Part shown: piece after piece, positions 1 through 14,096 of the stretch
Numbering within the stretch: the first letter of the stretch is position 1
Layout: each line of letters begins with the position of its first letter
Assembly: GCA_047495785.1 (NCBI GenBank)
Contig: JBLDXI010000009.1
Span: 3,782,001 to 3,846,000 of the forward strand
Origin: Lepidodermella squamata
Taxonomy: Eukaryota > Animalia > Gastrotricha
Direction of reading: 5' to 3'
DNA: 64,000 bases
Translations under genes and position numbers: made by a program
Notes under the pieces: model-generated
The model's database searches: none
What the model saw: the letters and a program-made list of their open reading frames with translations, nothing else
Told to the model about the DNA's origin: nothing

Positions 1-482
1 GCCGACGCGGCGCCAGGCTTCCAAAAAACCGGCTGCGTTGGCAACCAGCGATAATTAAAAGTGCTTCTGCCGTTTTTATTGCAATGATAATTATACTATG
101 AATAAATATTTATGGCTTTTGATGAAGCGAGGCTTTTCGCCCGTTACACAGGTGTGTTATCAGATCACGGCAAAGTGATTGATGGTGTTATACTGTCGAT
201 AATTGCAATTTATTGCGGCGATTTTTACAACAATACACCTAGAGTTTTGTTTATGTGTTATTATTATCATCACTGATGGCAAGGCCGGGGAGCTGTTGTA
301 GGCTACGTGTTATAAATTACCCAGGTACATGGTACATTAAAAATCGCGCGCTTCGGTGTGTTCTCATTTAACATCATTTTCGCCGGCTTCCTCGCATAAG
401 TAGCGTTCAATCAGAATTTTCTACTTGGTTTTTGGTCGGAAACCCACGTTTCGTTTTTAATCGTTGGCGGTGGGTCATTGGG

Positions 483-566
483 ATGTCCATCTACACGAAT
501 AGGAGCAGTCGATTGCACGACGAGTTCTCCCTACTGTTAGCCGAAGAGCCTCGTGAAACCATACAG
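483..566 (+). CDS. Candidate alternative first coding exon of the F-box/LRR gene (MSIYTNRSSRLHDEFSLLLAEEPRETIQ)
   Basis: ATG at 483, open for 28 codons to a strong phase-0 donor CAG|GTGAG at 566/567. This matches the phase-0 acceptor at 2667 that precedes the F-box exon. Confidence 0.45.
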
Positions 567-2534
567 GTGAGCCAAAATCGCAATGTTATTTTTGTAATTA
601 TTTCACGAGCAAAATCCGCATATTCCGCTATTTGCAACTTTTGCACATTTTCAGTCGTAACATGTCGGAACGTATCGCTACTAGGGTGGTTAGTTTTTAT
701 TCAGTTTCCATGAACGTCCGGTCAAGACATGCCTAAAAGTTTCTGCTTTTAGTCCGATTCTTTTTTCGAAGAATCTGGTTTTGTTCAACTTCGGCCAGGT
801 TTCTTGGTCATTTATAATAGAAACTGTCGACGAGTAGCATTAATTTGAGGCCATGAACTCTCACTGACAAAAAATGAAGCTACATCGTGGATTACTTCGG
901 CGTTTGGCCTTTCAAAAATTGAAGGTAACAAGCCAAAAACCCAATGAGCGGAACCCCTAGCTCAAGAACGCATTTCCGCATTTCCAGACAGGAGATGACA
1001 GGTATAAGGGAAAAATTTGGAATTTTGTATTTTCGATAGAATTTCGGTCAATGCTCATCGGAATCCGCGTCTAATCAGAACGGAGTTCGTATTTTCAACT
1101 GGACCTTCCAGGGGTGCCCAACTCATTGGGTGTATGGGTGCCTTGCTACGTTCGATTTTTAATTGGTCAAAGTCACCTAATTCCAATCCCAATATTTCAC
1201 GGTAATAATAGCGAAGAAATTAAATCACCATCATCTAGCTTGAAAGCAGATTTTGTGATGAAATCCCAGTAGAGGAATTTTTCTCGGCACTCTGTTCACT
1301 GAGAAATTCCTAGAAAAATTCAGCTCTATTTTGGGTTCTAAAAAGTCATTATCATTTCGGTCGTCAGTTGTTTGTTTCTCAATTTAACAATTTTACCAAC
1401 TTATCCAAGCGTCAATTTATCAAATTATCAATTACTTTCTTCTCAATTTGCGAGTTGGGAATAGAAAAAATGGTACCTAATAAATGCATTGGAGATGGTA
1501 AGAAATTATCGATCTTTTGGAAAAATGAGAAAAATCAGCGCTCTTCTGGCGATCGATTTTTCTGAATTGTTTATCCAGGAAAGTGTGCTCTTCGACCGCT
1601 TGCTTCGTTACAGTAACAGGAAACAGGAATCGAGGTCATATGACGTTCAAACCCAACGCGGAAACGTGAATGGCTGCGTGTTATTTGATAGAGCGTAGCT
1701 GCGATCATCGCAGGTGTGTACGCGATAGATTTTTCTGAACGGTGCAACGCTGCAATTATACCCGCTCTTCAAAACCGCTGCGTATATAGTAGGAATGCGA
1801 ACCAATAATAATTGTAACATACAGATAGGCATCGTTAATATATTACACGAGAAGCCGGTTTGTTAAAGATTTTTCGACACCGCCTGTAGTATTAGTCTTG
1901 TGTTGCGCGATTTCTTTTGCGTAGAAAGTGTTGTTGTTATTTTTTGCCGAGACAGCTCACGGTGCGCGAAAGCTGCAAATCGAGTCCAAGAAGACGTATA
2001 GCGCGGAGCTTTTACGCTCTACAACATGTATACGCATGCTATTTTGGCTTCGATGATAAAAGCCGGGTATCTGTTGGTGAGCGAAAAAGCTGGCCCGTTC
2101 TGATCAGCCGCCGCCGCTGAGGCGAACGCGCTTTCAGTAATATGGCAGCGCGCGTACTACGCTATAATATTATGCGATTATGAAATAAATAAATTGATCG
2201 CTGTTATGCCTGCTCAAGGCACAGCTCTTCGCTATATACACGTAGAGTATAGCGGCTTCAGAACTTGCTATGTAGTCGTGCAACATACTATACCTTGGTT
2301 ATACGGCTGATGCTGACCTCGTTGTAAATAAAACAAATATTATAGGAAGCCTCGGAATGAATTGTATGCTATAAAATCGCTCAAGGTAAGGAATGAGCTG
2401 AAACGAGCTTTCTACCTATACCTATAATGCGTAAAGGTGGTGTATAGGCAATTTCTGTTATAACACGAGCGAGAATCCCAGTTCGCATAAAAATCGTTCA
2501 TTTTTAACCGCCGAGTCCTTATTACCTTGGCGAA

Positions 2535-5500
2535 ATGGATTTCAGCCAAATTGCCAAGGACGTCATGTTCTCGATGAGAGATGACGGCAACGATAAAGTC
2601 ATCAAGGTTTTAATTTTTATTAACAATTTTTAATCGATTTTCTCTGTATCAATCGATTTTTCACAGAAACGAATCGATAATTTGCAAGACGTTCTAATTT
2701 TGCGGTGTTTCTCATTTCTGCCGCATCGCGAGTTGTTCAACGTCGCCCTCGTTTGCCGCCGATGGCGAAATTTGGCCTACGACGGCCGGCTATGGGATAC
2801 CGTGTCACTTCGGCCCGAAAAAGGCGGCCTCAAAGTCAACAATATCGACACACTTGTACAGCTGATTGGCCTTAGATTCGGCCCGTATCTCCGGTACCTC
2901 GAACTGCCGTTCGAACTCGTCGTCGCCGAAGTTCTACACGAACTTGCTAACAAATGTCCCAACTTGCGGTTTGTTCGTGAACATTATAAGAATTTCGAAA
3001 AAATTGACTTTTTTTCAGGTATATTACTCTCGATTTTTCCAACGCTATGCAATTGCACGAATACAGCGATTTATACGCCTTTCCGAACAATTTGTACAGT
3101 CTTTGCATCTGCCTTTCCGAGGTTATTTTTATGGAGGGTTTCATGCGGCGCATCTATCACTGCCTCGGCTCTCTACAAGTTCTTCATTTGATCGGTAAAA
3201 TTTTACATTTATTTCATCACATTTTTTTAAGTATCAAATTCTGAATTTTTTTGACAAGTGAAATCAAGTGAAAAATCAGTAGAATTAACCCGAATTTTGC
3301 ATAAAATTATTAGCCGTTAAAATATAGATTTTTTATATCAATAATTGCAGACAAAAATTGAGTGCGCAAAAGTGAAAAAATTTCAGGTAATAAGGGCAGT
3401 GAGTTTTTATAGAGCTCCCTTGGCTGCTATTCGAAATAGACCTTGTGGCCATGCAATAATTCCTTGACGGTCTCGCAATACCGATTGCGATCTATCAGCG
3501 TCAGTGCATTCGACAGCGCCTTGCTGAGGATTCGATTTTCGAGTTCAGGCCCCGAATAGGCGAAAAAATCTGGCCCGTCATTTTGCCAGGCAAGAGGCCG
3601 CGGGCTGAGATAGTCGACTAGGGCTCGGGACAAGCGTTCGAGGTTAAAAGTGTTGGATAGACCTAACAATTCGTTAACTCGGCAGAACGGCTGGCCCTGG
3701 TCGTAGGCCCATAGGCGTTGTTCGTGTTGATCTCTCGCCATTTTTAGGGCTAGCAAAAAGTCTTCGCATCTCTTCAGCAAACCATCGACGCGGTACTCGT
3801 CGGCGAATTTAAGCAGGACGCGAACATTGGCGCCGTTGACCGGCTTCCACGGCGGGTAGATGCTTTGCAGAAATTCTAGGACGTCATCGAATTTTTTGTC
3901 CTTGAACGTGATGATGTTTTGTTTACGCTCGATAAAGTCGCCCGTTAGCATGGCCTTGAAAACGGGCGAAATTAGCACGAGCATAACACGGTGGGCGAAC
4001 AACCGCCGGCCGTCGACTTCAAGCACCAAATCGCTAACATCGTCCTGCTTGTCGAAAGTTGGCAATTCCAGGGCTGGATCGACTACAACTTCGGCTTGTT
4101 GTTGACTCTGCGGCGAGTTGGTGGCCGTATTTTGACCGCTGTTGTTGACATGCGGGTGTTCGATGCTGTGGTTATTCGCTGGAACTACAGCCACGGCTTG
4201 TTCCGCGGCGTTTGATAGCAGATGAAGAGTCCCAGGCGGGCTGCTTGAGTGGTTTGAAGAGCTGCCGGATGACTGGCGAGACCCGGGCCGGGGCGTTGAA
4301 ACTGTCGATGTTAGCGGGTATGGGGCTGGAGTTTCCATGACGGTGGTTCGGGCTTTGAGATAACTCGACGAGGTGGTGGAAAACGCCGATGATAACGACG
4401 AGTTCAACGAGCTGGAAGTCGAATTTCGGGCGTTGCTATTCGAGTTTAGGTAACTTGAAGTTGAGGCAGTCAACGAGTGCGAAGGCCTTGGCCGAATTAA
4501 ATTGTTGGTCTGTCCCAATAAAGTAAGAAATAGGATTAAACAATAATTTTTGCGAGATCGATTCTTACGAAATTACTTAAATTGAAATTTGAAATTTGAA
4601 TTTGGAATTGGAAAATTAAAATCTAGCCTGAGATTTTCTTTTCTTTTCATGGAGAAATCGAATTTACCTATGGCGAGTAGGAATAAGTGGAAAATTATTC
4701 GGAAACAATTTTATTGGAACGATTTGGGGCAACATCGGAACAAATTCACAGTGATCGAAAATTATAAAATAAAAATCCAGCTTAAATTTTCACTTTTCTC
4801 ATGAAGAAGTCAAATTTTTCCTATTTATCTTGTAGGAACAAGTAGAAATTTTGGCATAAAATTAGGAAGTTAAAAAGGAGGAAAATTGCGGAGTTTTGTG
4901 GAATTTTATCTCCTTTGTTATAGGAGGAAATGTCTCTTAAAATGTATTTTTCCGATAGAGAAAATATGTTAATAAGAAAGACTTCGGCCGATTCCATTCA
5001 GGTCTAAGTAGCTTCGGGCCATATTATGTTCTACAAATGTTCAGGTAGGGTTGAAAGACAGGTCGACCCGGTTTAATTCGTAAGGAAATGAGGTTAAATT
5101 AGGGCGCGAAAATTCAAGAAAACGCACCTGGCTAGTCGTTGTCGATGACGAAGATGAATTAAGGCGAAATGGCGTTGTTGTCTGTTGATTGGCCGCCTGG
5201 CTGCTATTGTTGTCGCTGTTGGCGGCCGCTGTCGGCATAGCTTACCTATTCACGGGTTATATTTATGTTATATATTCGTATAAAACCGCGCCCTCTATAA
5301 GCACAAGAAGAAGAAACAATGGCGCGATTATTACCTGGCACTTCAACGCTAGAAAAAGCTTCATTTGCTAACGCAGTGTTGTTTAAAGTTTTATGCCTAC
5401 ATAACGTCGCGAACGGTCGGCGATTTTCGGGTAATCTAATATACAGCTGCGGGCCTCGGCGATGAGTAGAAAAATTATTGATGAGCGGTGGGCTGACCTG

Positions 5501-7166
5501 CTCTGTGAATAGCATGTCACTTTTTCGAGCGGGACAGCACGCGCTAGCAATTGAAAGACTCTTCGTTCTTTTCTTATCACCTTGCCTCAATCAACGATTA
5601 GCAAAAAAGATAGTTACGTTTTCGTTGTGTATTCAAAAACAATTCAGACGCGGCTTTTGTTTATTAGCGGGTGTGATGAGCCGTAAATACCATTGAAAAA
5701 TTGTGCAGGAGACACATCGCCGCGCGCAAAATAATAATAAATAAAACGCCCCACCTACTTATTATATTATATTAGGTAGGGCAGTAGATCGCAATAAAAA
5801 GCGCCTAATCAAAATAAAAATTTAGGCCAAGTGGTCAATTGTCAATTGACAACGGCCCAATTAAAGTGACGGCAGGTCACTGGGCGACCGTCTATCAAAA
5901 AGACATGTAAAAATTATGGCGTATTCCCCTAATTGAAATTAAACAATAAAAAATAGAAACAAAATGTCACGGCAGTCACGTGGGAACGCGCCAAGAAATA
6001 TAATCATCAATAATTAATCAAATTTTGCCACAGGAAATTGAATAACACACAGCTTTGTTATTTTTAACAAAAAGGGACATTTGAATTGAGCGATGAAAAG
6101 GAGGAAGAAATCTATGAAGTTATCAACATCAGTAAAATTCGATCGCACACGCCTAACCTTCGCGTCGTCAACCTGTACGGCATAAATTTCGTCGAAGATA
6201 CGCACATTGAACTACTGGCCGGCAATTGCATCCATCTCGAATGCTTGTCCGTCAACTTTTGCCTCCGTGTGAAGGGCCGTTCTTTCAAAACGCTACTTGC
6301 GAAATGTAAAAAATTGCGGACGCTGCTGCTGCATCACTGCGTGCTTGACGAGCAGGCTATGATACAAACACCGTGGGAAAATTCGCAAATCGATGAGCTC
6401 GATTTGACCTCGACGGAGCTGGGCACTAATTGCCTGTTGGATATTCTCAATCGGATGCGGGGATTTCGCTATCTGGCCGTTGGCTATTCAGATTACTTTA
6501 ATGACAAGGTGTTGGATATGCTTATGACTCGTGGCAAGTTGGATAATATCGTCGCTATCGATGTGTCTCACACGCCGTTTTTAAGCGAAGATTGCTTATA
6601 CAAGTTCTGCCTTAAATACGGCCCCCAGATGCGAGGATTTATGGCTGCTGGCAAGCCTATGTTGGGTGAGAATTTCTGGATGAAAACTATCGCCCTCATG
6701 GCTCATATCAAGTAAGTTAATCGTGGTCTAATTATGCCTGTTATAATTTTGCGATCTCCAGAATATTGGTTTTGGGTACATCCTACGGGTGGTTCCTGGG
6801 CCTTAATGGCAAAATTCACGTCGACCAGATTGTTGACCAGTTGGCCCTAATGTGCCCATCTATTGAACGAATCGAGTTCCGCTGGGACCCGGATACGCTC
6901 AAATTCAGCGAGAAATCGGGAAAATCAATCGATCACTTACGGTATGATATTATTTTTCGGACTCGTTTATTTGCTCAACTATTTTGCTTCGCAGGATACG
7001 ATGCACCAAGCTGATATCGTTTACGCTACCCGATTGTCCTTACTATGAAATGGTCAGGTCGAATTTCGAGCGTACCGAGCGGCATAAAATCGTCCGTACT
7101 ACAACGAATTACACCACCCGCATGGCGCCGTTGCTGTCTCATTTCAAAGATTTGCGCTTTAATTGA
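2535..7166 (+). CDS. F-box/leucine-rich-repeat protein (FBXL-type SCF substrate adaptor), 6 exons
   Basis: Exons 2535-2606, 2668-2968, 3019-3194, 6075-6711, 6762-6941, 6995-7166 join in frame through GT-AG introns. F-box motif IDNLQDVLILRCFSFL..ELFNVALVCRRWRNLAYDGRLW; cysteine-containing LRRs (CPNLR, CIHLECLSVNFC, CKKLRTLLLHHC). Confidence 0.9.
3427..5238 (-). CDS. BTB/POZ-domain protein with a Ser/Thr/Asn-rich N-terminus, nested antisense in the F-box gene intron
   Basis: Exon 5238-5128 (donor CAG|GTGCG) joins in phase 0 to acceptor ACAG|ACC near 4510. BTB motif SDLVLEVDGRRLFAHRVMLVLISPVFKAML..FADEYRVDGLLKRCEDFL. Confidence 0.88.
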
Positions 7167-8407
7167 TTGCTTTTACCTGATCTATCCGGATTTTTTTTAT
7201 AACAAGAATCTTCAGATCCATCATAATATAATTATAACTTTATTATATCACTCATTTGCGCTGTGTTTCACGCTATTCTGGCAAATTGCCTTGCTTAAAA
7301 AACGATAGACTCTTGGTAAAAAGTTGCAACGACTATAGTTGATAATGAAATCAGACGATAGATGTGGTGGTGCTATCCAGAAATAATGCTGCAAATAAAG
7401 ATGTTGGTTTTCAAGATCATTCATTTTATTCCTTTTTTAAACTTGCACCTCAAAACTCGGAAGTTCGGGCGTTCATTCCATCGGAGTTTCACTTCTGGCG
7501 CCATAAATCACAGACTAATGTAACGAGGGGTAAATAATATTGACAACATTGGGTATCCGATAGTTAAAAATCAGCATTTGCTCAAAAAACTTTGAAATTT
7601 TAATAAGTGGTGGATTCCTGATTTTCTTGTGGATTCCGAACTTTTTATTCATACGTAGCAGAAATCCATTATATAACAGCACTGATTTGACGCCGAAAAG
7701 AAATGTGACAAGCATTCAGATCTTTGTTTTTTGTTTTTTTGGGTCGCTCTACCAGCTTTTTACCTTTTAAAATGGCTCCAGGTGCGCGCCAATGGGTCTC
7801 AATCTAATGAGACAACGATAAAGTGTAGAAAAATAGACCCCTCCAAGTGATCGCGTGCAATCTGGCCGATCTCCCGATTCTCTTAATTTTTATGCATGGA
7901 CTTTTTCCCCTAAGGTTCGGCTGCATGTCATCAAATGAAATGAAATGCGATGATACCTTCAATAATCCGGTTGGATGAGGCAGCGCCTCAAAGAACGGTT
8001 TGCATTTCATTTCAGTTCGCAGTAATCAACGGTCTGCTATTGCCGACATTGGACCACCATTTTCCACGTTCTTTGTCAAATTCCTCCTGCTTTCCAGAGT
8101 TAAGTTAATTTCATCTCATTTAAGACCAAAATGTACGGTTTTAGAACTTGTGCGATATATAATCCGGTTCCGTTTGATTTCAAGCTGGATCTTCATTAAA
8201 AATGGCTCAATTACCCAAACAGATGCTCAATAATTACTCCTCTTGGTAATAAACTGTGAATCTCAAAGTCTGATTAAAAAAACTGGATAAAAAGTGGGTG
8301 AAGCCTTGAAAGAGAAGCAACGCTCGTTTTATTACTGATTTCAACAGCGCCATTAGCAATATTCTCTCTACACAAAACGTTCTTCACAGGCAGCGACGAT
8401 GGTTTGT

Positions 8408-9108
8408 TTACGCAATCGAGCTGGCATTAGCAGCGATACGCGGCCACATGTCGGCGCACTCCTTCGCGACCGGGCCGGTGATGGCAGAACCCTTCATTTC
8501 ACCCTTGTTGTTGACGATGACTCCAGCGGAATCTTCGAAGTAGATGAAGGTGCCGTCCTTCCTCCGGAAAGACTTGCGCTGACGAACGACGACGCCCTAT
8601 AATCACAACAAAATTCATTTTAATTTCAGTTTTTTCAGGTTGCAATTTCAACGGAATTCGGGCCTAATTCGGACCATTTGAAAAATCACATTGACTAAAT
8701 ATTTCCGAAAAATTTATAATTTTTGGATACACAAATTTTATAAAAAAAAATGTGCGTGATTTTAAATTTTTTAAATTTGATTATAATGAATTTTGAATGG
8801 GTATCAAACTTCTAGATGGAATTTCGGGGAAATTTTCGGGAATTACGTAAAATTGTGGAGGTTTATCGACTCACCTGCATGACCTTTTTCCTCAACTCGG
8901 GCTTGCCCTTCTTGACGGTGCAGACGACCATGTCGCCGGGGGCAGCAGCGGGCAACCTGTTCAGACGACCCTGGTAGCCCTTGACGGCGAAGATGAACAA
9001 GTTCTTGGCACCGGTGTTGTCCGCGCAGTTGACGACGGCGCCGACCGGCAGACCGAGCGACATGCGGAACTTACCACCACCAGAGCCACCACGACCGCGC
9101 TTAGTCAT
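8408..9108 (-). CDS. RPL23: 60S ribosomal protein L23 (uL14), 2 exons
   Basis: [37 protein letters not shown]...[13 protein letters not shown], intron 8874-8597, then [50 protein letters not shown] on the minus strand near 8330. Confidence 0.98.
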
Positions 9109-9240
9109 TTCGTGAGGATAATAGCTTAATAAAAAGCCTAAAAACAAATAACAAAAAATCCACCTTAAACATGCGAAAATTTCAAATTCAAGTAAAAACA
9201 CGGGTAACAAAGACTAGTAAGTAATAGCTAAGAAAACAGA

Positions 9241-11155
9241 TCAGGAATCGTCGTCGTCGCTTAAGACTTCCTCTTCATCTGGGTCAAGCTGAAGAGGCGA
9301 GTCCGAGTCGCTTTCTTCGTCCAGAAGAATGTCGTCATCGTCATCGTTAACACCATTGAAATGAAACGAATTCGCGCTATGCAAAAAGCCGTTGCCATTC
9401 GCGACTGGGGTCGTATGCGGGCTGACAAATTGAGCAAATTTAACCGGGTCTTTGAGCCGCTGCACCAGTTGCCACGGGTCGCAATCAGGGCTGTTGACGA
9501 ACGTGCGAAGTGAGTCCATGTGCCGGATCGTTTCTTCGCGGCCTTGTTGCTCGTATTCTTCCATCGTCAACAGTTTTCGTTTGTAAGGCATGACTTTGTA
9601 CATGAGCAGACGGATTTTCAACGGGATGACCAGGTACTTCCGGTTTCGGTACAGCAAACACCCGAAAACAAAAAGAAGCGACATGTAAGGAACGTTGAAT
9701 GAACCGAACACCATTAGGGCAAGACCAAGGCCTTGTAGGAACCAACTAATGAGATTTTTCACGCGTTTCGAGCTCGGCGGGCCGTACCAGTAGGTCAGCG
9801 AGAAGCCAGCCACAGCCGCGATTGCGAAACAAATCGCTGCGATGTAGAGGTGGTCGGCGAGGAAATCGATCACACGCCGGGCCACGCCGACCCAAAGAGC
9901 TGAACTGCCCACAACTGTGACCATAACGATAAATGGCCGGCGCATCGGTAGGTAGCGGAATAAAATTATAAGTGCGATTAGCGCGAAAGAAAGAATGCCG
10001 AGGCCGGACCCGCTCAAATAGTAGAAAATATCGACTGAAACAAGGATCGGGGCAGCGAGGAACAACACAGCGCCGATTAACGTGAAAAATGCGAGGGTAG
10101 GTGAAACTGCGTGGACATGCAGCGTCGCGGTGTAGTCTTTACTCGATGAAACTGCGACGCAAGTCTTTTCGAAGGGCTGCAGCGGAACGGAAGGCGGGTT
10201 GATTGGGAAGAGCAGTCGATCGAGAGTTGAGTTCGTTGAACCACTCGCGCCGAACATCAGTCGAAGAGGCAGTTTCACGAAAAGTTGAGACATCCAGCTG
10301 ATGATTGGGGTCGAGTCGGTTAGAGCTCGCTGGTACTCGTTGAAGGCACCGACCGGCGAGTCGGATGTGAAATGTTGAAATTCATCTTTATCCGAAGAGA
10401 ACGGGGTCAAGGCAATGAATAGCTGTGAAAAATGGAAAAAGGTGAGAAAAATCAGAGCATACTCACAAATTTTTTTCAAATTCTTTAAAAGCCAGTGGAT
10501 CTAATTTAGTGGCTTGGGACTTTAAAAAATTCAGTTAATTGAGGAAAATTATTCCGATTTTTCCAGAAAATACTTACAATAACCTCAAATTTAAAACAGC
10601 CATGTTATTCGAGCAAATAATAACGTTTAAGGATGAGTATTGGAGCAATTTTTATCAAAATTTCGATCAGATTTTTTCATTTTTAAGTATTTTCTGACCA
10701 ACATGACAATGAAAAATGCGAAAAAATTAATCTCGTCAAATTTGACAAAATGTTGTATCAATTATATCCTACATTGTATTCACGATTAGGTGGTTCACAT
10801 TCAAATTTTTGTGTTATGTTTATTGGTTATCAAATTTCCCCTTTCCTTGAATTCTTAAATAATCATTCTGTGGAGCAATTTTCCTTCACAGAATATTATG
10901 GACTTCAAACATTGGTATGTTATATGAATAATTTCTTACCTCCGCTGTTCGCCAAACGTGCCAGGGTCTCGAGGGCTGGCCATCATGGCAGAAGATTTCA
11001 ACATTTTGCTTCGCAATTTCCGGCTCCGATTTGTTGATGTAAATGCCTTTGCCAGTTCTCAGCTGATAAACGTTCAAATCAAGAGTTTCTAGCGGTGAAA
11101 CCTGACTGAACAGAGCAAGTGTCAAGACAAGGGCAGCCAACCAACATCTGCTCAT
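9241..11155 (-). CDS. NEMP1: Nuclear envelope integral membrane protein (NEMP/TMEM194 family), 2 exons
   Basis: Signal-peptide exon 11155-10940 spliced to 10422-9241. Motifs PFEKTCVAV, FYYLSGSGLG, YWYGP, KLLTMEEYEQQGREET..LRTFVNSPDCDPW..RLKDPVKFAQFV, about five TM helices and an acidic tail. Confidence 0.9.
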
Positions 11156-11683
11156 CTTAAAATCTAAAAAAAAAACAGAATTTTATAATAATTTTTATCT
11201 CCGCTTGACGGCGCTCTTTTTCGGTTTACATTGAACGACAGATTTTACAAACACCAAAAACACAAAATGAAGACCAGAGACGAAGAAGAGAACGCTTATA
11301 TAATAGTTATAATAATAATATTAATAGTTTAGAAAATACAGAGACTATGGCCGATCAAATTGATTCCTCGAGTCATACACGACCACAACCGCTGAAAGAT
11401 GAAGGACTGTTCTTAAACAGAATGGAATAAAGACGAGCTACCGTAAATGTATGTGTGGCATTGCACGAAGTCGCTAATTGATAATGATTTGTTTGTTTTT
11501 AAAACCACAAGTCACAAAACATAAACATTCGCAAGAAGACAAGGCAAATGACAAGAATCAATAATTTTACAACGCAAATTACATCAGTCAGATTTGTGTA
11601 ATGAAGAGAGAAAAACCACTTTTACAAATACCATCATCACATCTTGGACAGCAGTCATTGTTGGTTATAATAGTTTGTTCGAG

Positions 11684-14096
11684 TTACTTTAAGCGGCGCA
11701 CTTTCTTGCCCTTGGCGATCGTTTGCTTCAAGGCTAGGGTTCCCGCGGCTCCCGGCCGGCTTTTCTTCGAGGCAGCGCGACGAATCGGCTTACGGGCTGC
11801 TTTCGCGCCAAGTTTCTTCCGATTCGCAAGAGGCTTGACCTTGTAGATGCGGACTAGCCAGTGCTCACTGGTATAGGCCTCTTCGACATGTTCGAGATTA
11901 AAGTGCTTCATGCCGATTTCAGCGCCTCGGCTGCGATCGTAACCTGGCGGGTGGCGGTAGTCGACCTGCATCTCACCGAATTTCCAATAGCTCAATTTGT
12001 ACATTAAAGATTGCATCATTGTTTTCGAAGCGGTGGAATCGATTCGATATTCACCCTGAGGAGTGAAGTAGTCAGCCTCGCGGATATCAGCCGGGTGTTC
12101 GCCCTCGGCAATTCGGACCATCCACAAGAACTTGTTGATATCGTCACCGGAATAACCAATCAAACCGCCGAAAATGACTAGGACGTAATCGACGTCTAGT
12201 TCGCGCATGATCTTGTAGGAGGCTGACTCGTTGCTGGCCATAGCTTTGCCGACCAGGGCGATGTGAGAATTGTTCCAAGTATTGTTGTCGACAAGTGTTG
12301 TTCGATTACCCATACCTGCTATTTGATAGCCGTAATCCCACCAGGACATAATTCGAGCATCTTCGTGAGTGTTTTGCCACAGCCAGAAGTAAGCCTCGCG
12401 GAAATCGTCGAGAATGTACCGGGAACCGTCGTTGTTATACGAAGCCAAAACGATGCTAGGACTCGAGTATGCAGATGAAGTGACCCAAGTGCAGTGAAGA
12501 GCGAAAAGCAGCAAAGTAATGTTGAGCAGAATAACGATGATGAATTTGAAGTTGACCCCCAAATCAGAATCAGCATCGGCAGATTTCTCAGCAGTAGGAG
12601 CGGCAACACGAGGCGGCTTGCCTGGTTTTGCGTCGTAATAGCGACTAGCCGCAGTCGACTTGTTGCGACGTTCGTTATTTTCGTTCAATTCGGGTGGCCC
12701 AGGATAATCGCGCAGATAAGTGTCGAAAACGTTGCTGAACGCGATCGCCGAAAGAACGCATACGACCGGAGTCAAAGTGAGCATTAGACGAACCATGACA
12801 CCGGCGAAATAGCTCGCAAAAACAGCATACAATACGATAAAGATGCGCTCATCGTTGACGTTGCGAACGCAGAAATACGCACCCGCTGCGAATGTGCATA
12901 CAAGAACATGCAAGTCGAAGAAGAAAGATACCCATGTCGTCGGTTGATGCTCAGAAACTGAGGCAATGATGGGAATGTGAATCTTCGCATAACCAGTATC
13001 CCACAAAGAGTAGAAGCGACCGGTCCACGGGGCAATGTAGCCCATGTAAGTAAGGAGAACAACTCCGGCAAGAATGGCAGAGGCAACACCGAAAGTGGCA
13101 ACAGAGAAAATGGCCGAAAGCTGGATTTCATGGCGACCGATGAGAGCGCGAGCGTATTGAAGGGCGGCATATGCGGTGATCAGCACAAACACACCAGCAG
13201 CGGCCATGTGTTCACTAGTGCGGACTGGCTGGAATCCGATAAATGGAACTTGCATAGCAAACAGAACGGCAAGAACATAGAACGTCGAATAAGCCACGTA
13301 TATTCTCATCGAAAACCTTCCCAACAAGAGAAGAACGAAGACATGAAGGGGGATCAAATTGATGATGAACACATAACCGCCCCAAGCAGCGGCCATGTAA
13401 AGGTAAGACAACGCGGTGAGAGCAGCCCAGAAGACTGATCCGGTCTTGACAGATTTGATCCAAAGGTAGAAAGTGAAAAGCAGAGCAAAAATGGCAATGC
13501 CTTCATTGTCATAAGAACCAGCAACAGATCGTGAAATGTAGCCAGGAACAATGCAGATAAATGCAGCAGCGAACAGACTATTTTAAGTAAAAAATAACAA
13601 TAAAGTGGTTAACTTTGTTGGCTGTTTCTTACCCGGCACCAGTGCTCCATAACTCCTTCGTCAGCAGAAAGGCGGCGATGGCAGTGAGGCCGCTGAAAAG
13701 AGGAGCCAAAAACACACAAATCTCGCGAATGTGAATAGGTATATTAAGCTGGTCGAGAACCCAGTGAATTCCACCAGATGTAATCATAAGACCAGGGTAA
13801 ACAGTGCCACCGACAATACGGCCAAGCGGGTACCATGCTCGGTCATCAAACCAATTGCCGAAGTCATAGAAGCTGTTCTCAACCATGTATTTGGTGGCAC
13901 GGTAATTGAACCACGGATCGAATTCATGGATAACACTCTCGAATCTGATGACAGAGAACAAGCGAGACATAAAGCCAGCAACCCATGACAGAATCAGAAC
14001 TGCCATCGAGATTAAACTTTTCAGACCCTCGGTGCTTCCAAGAAGAGGTGACTCCTTGTAGTCCGAGAAGTCCGAAGCAACATCTGCTGCGGACAT
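11684..14096 (-). CDS. STT3B: Oligosaccharyltransferase catalytic subunit STT3 (STT3B-like), 2 coding exons
   Basis: [30 protein letters not shown] and [22 protein letters not shown] motifs. A 55-nt intron 13632-13578 restores the frame. Probable 5' UTR intron about 14359-14112. Confidence 0.96.

Noticed and set aside
8597-8874. Possible snoRNA in the longer RPL23 intron
   Set aside because: AT-rich, with only a weak C-box-like TGTGATT and a CTGA; no terminal stem or H/ACA hairpins are evident.
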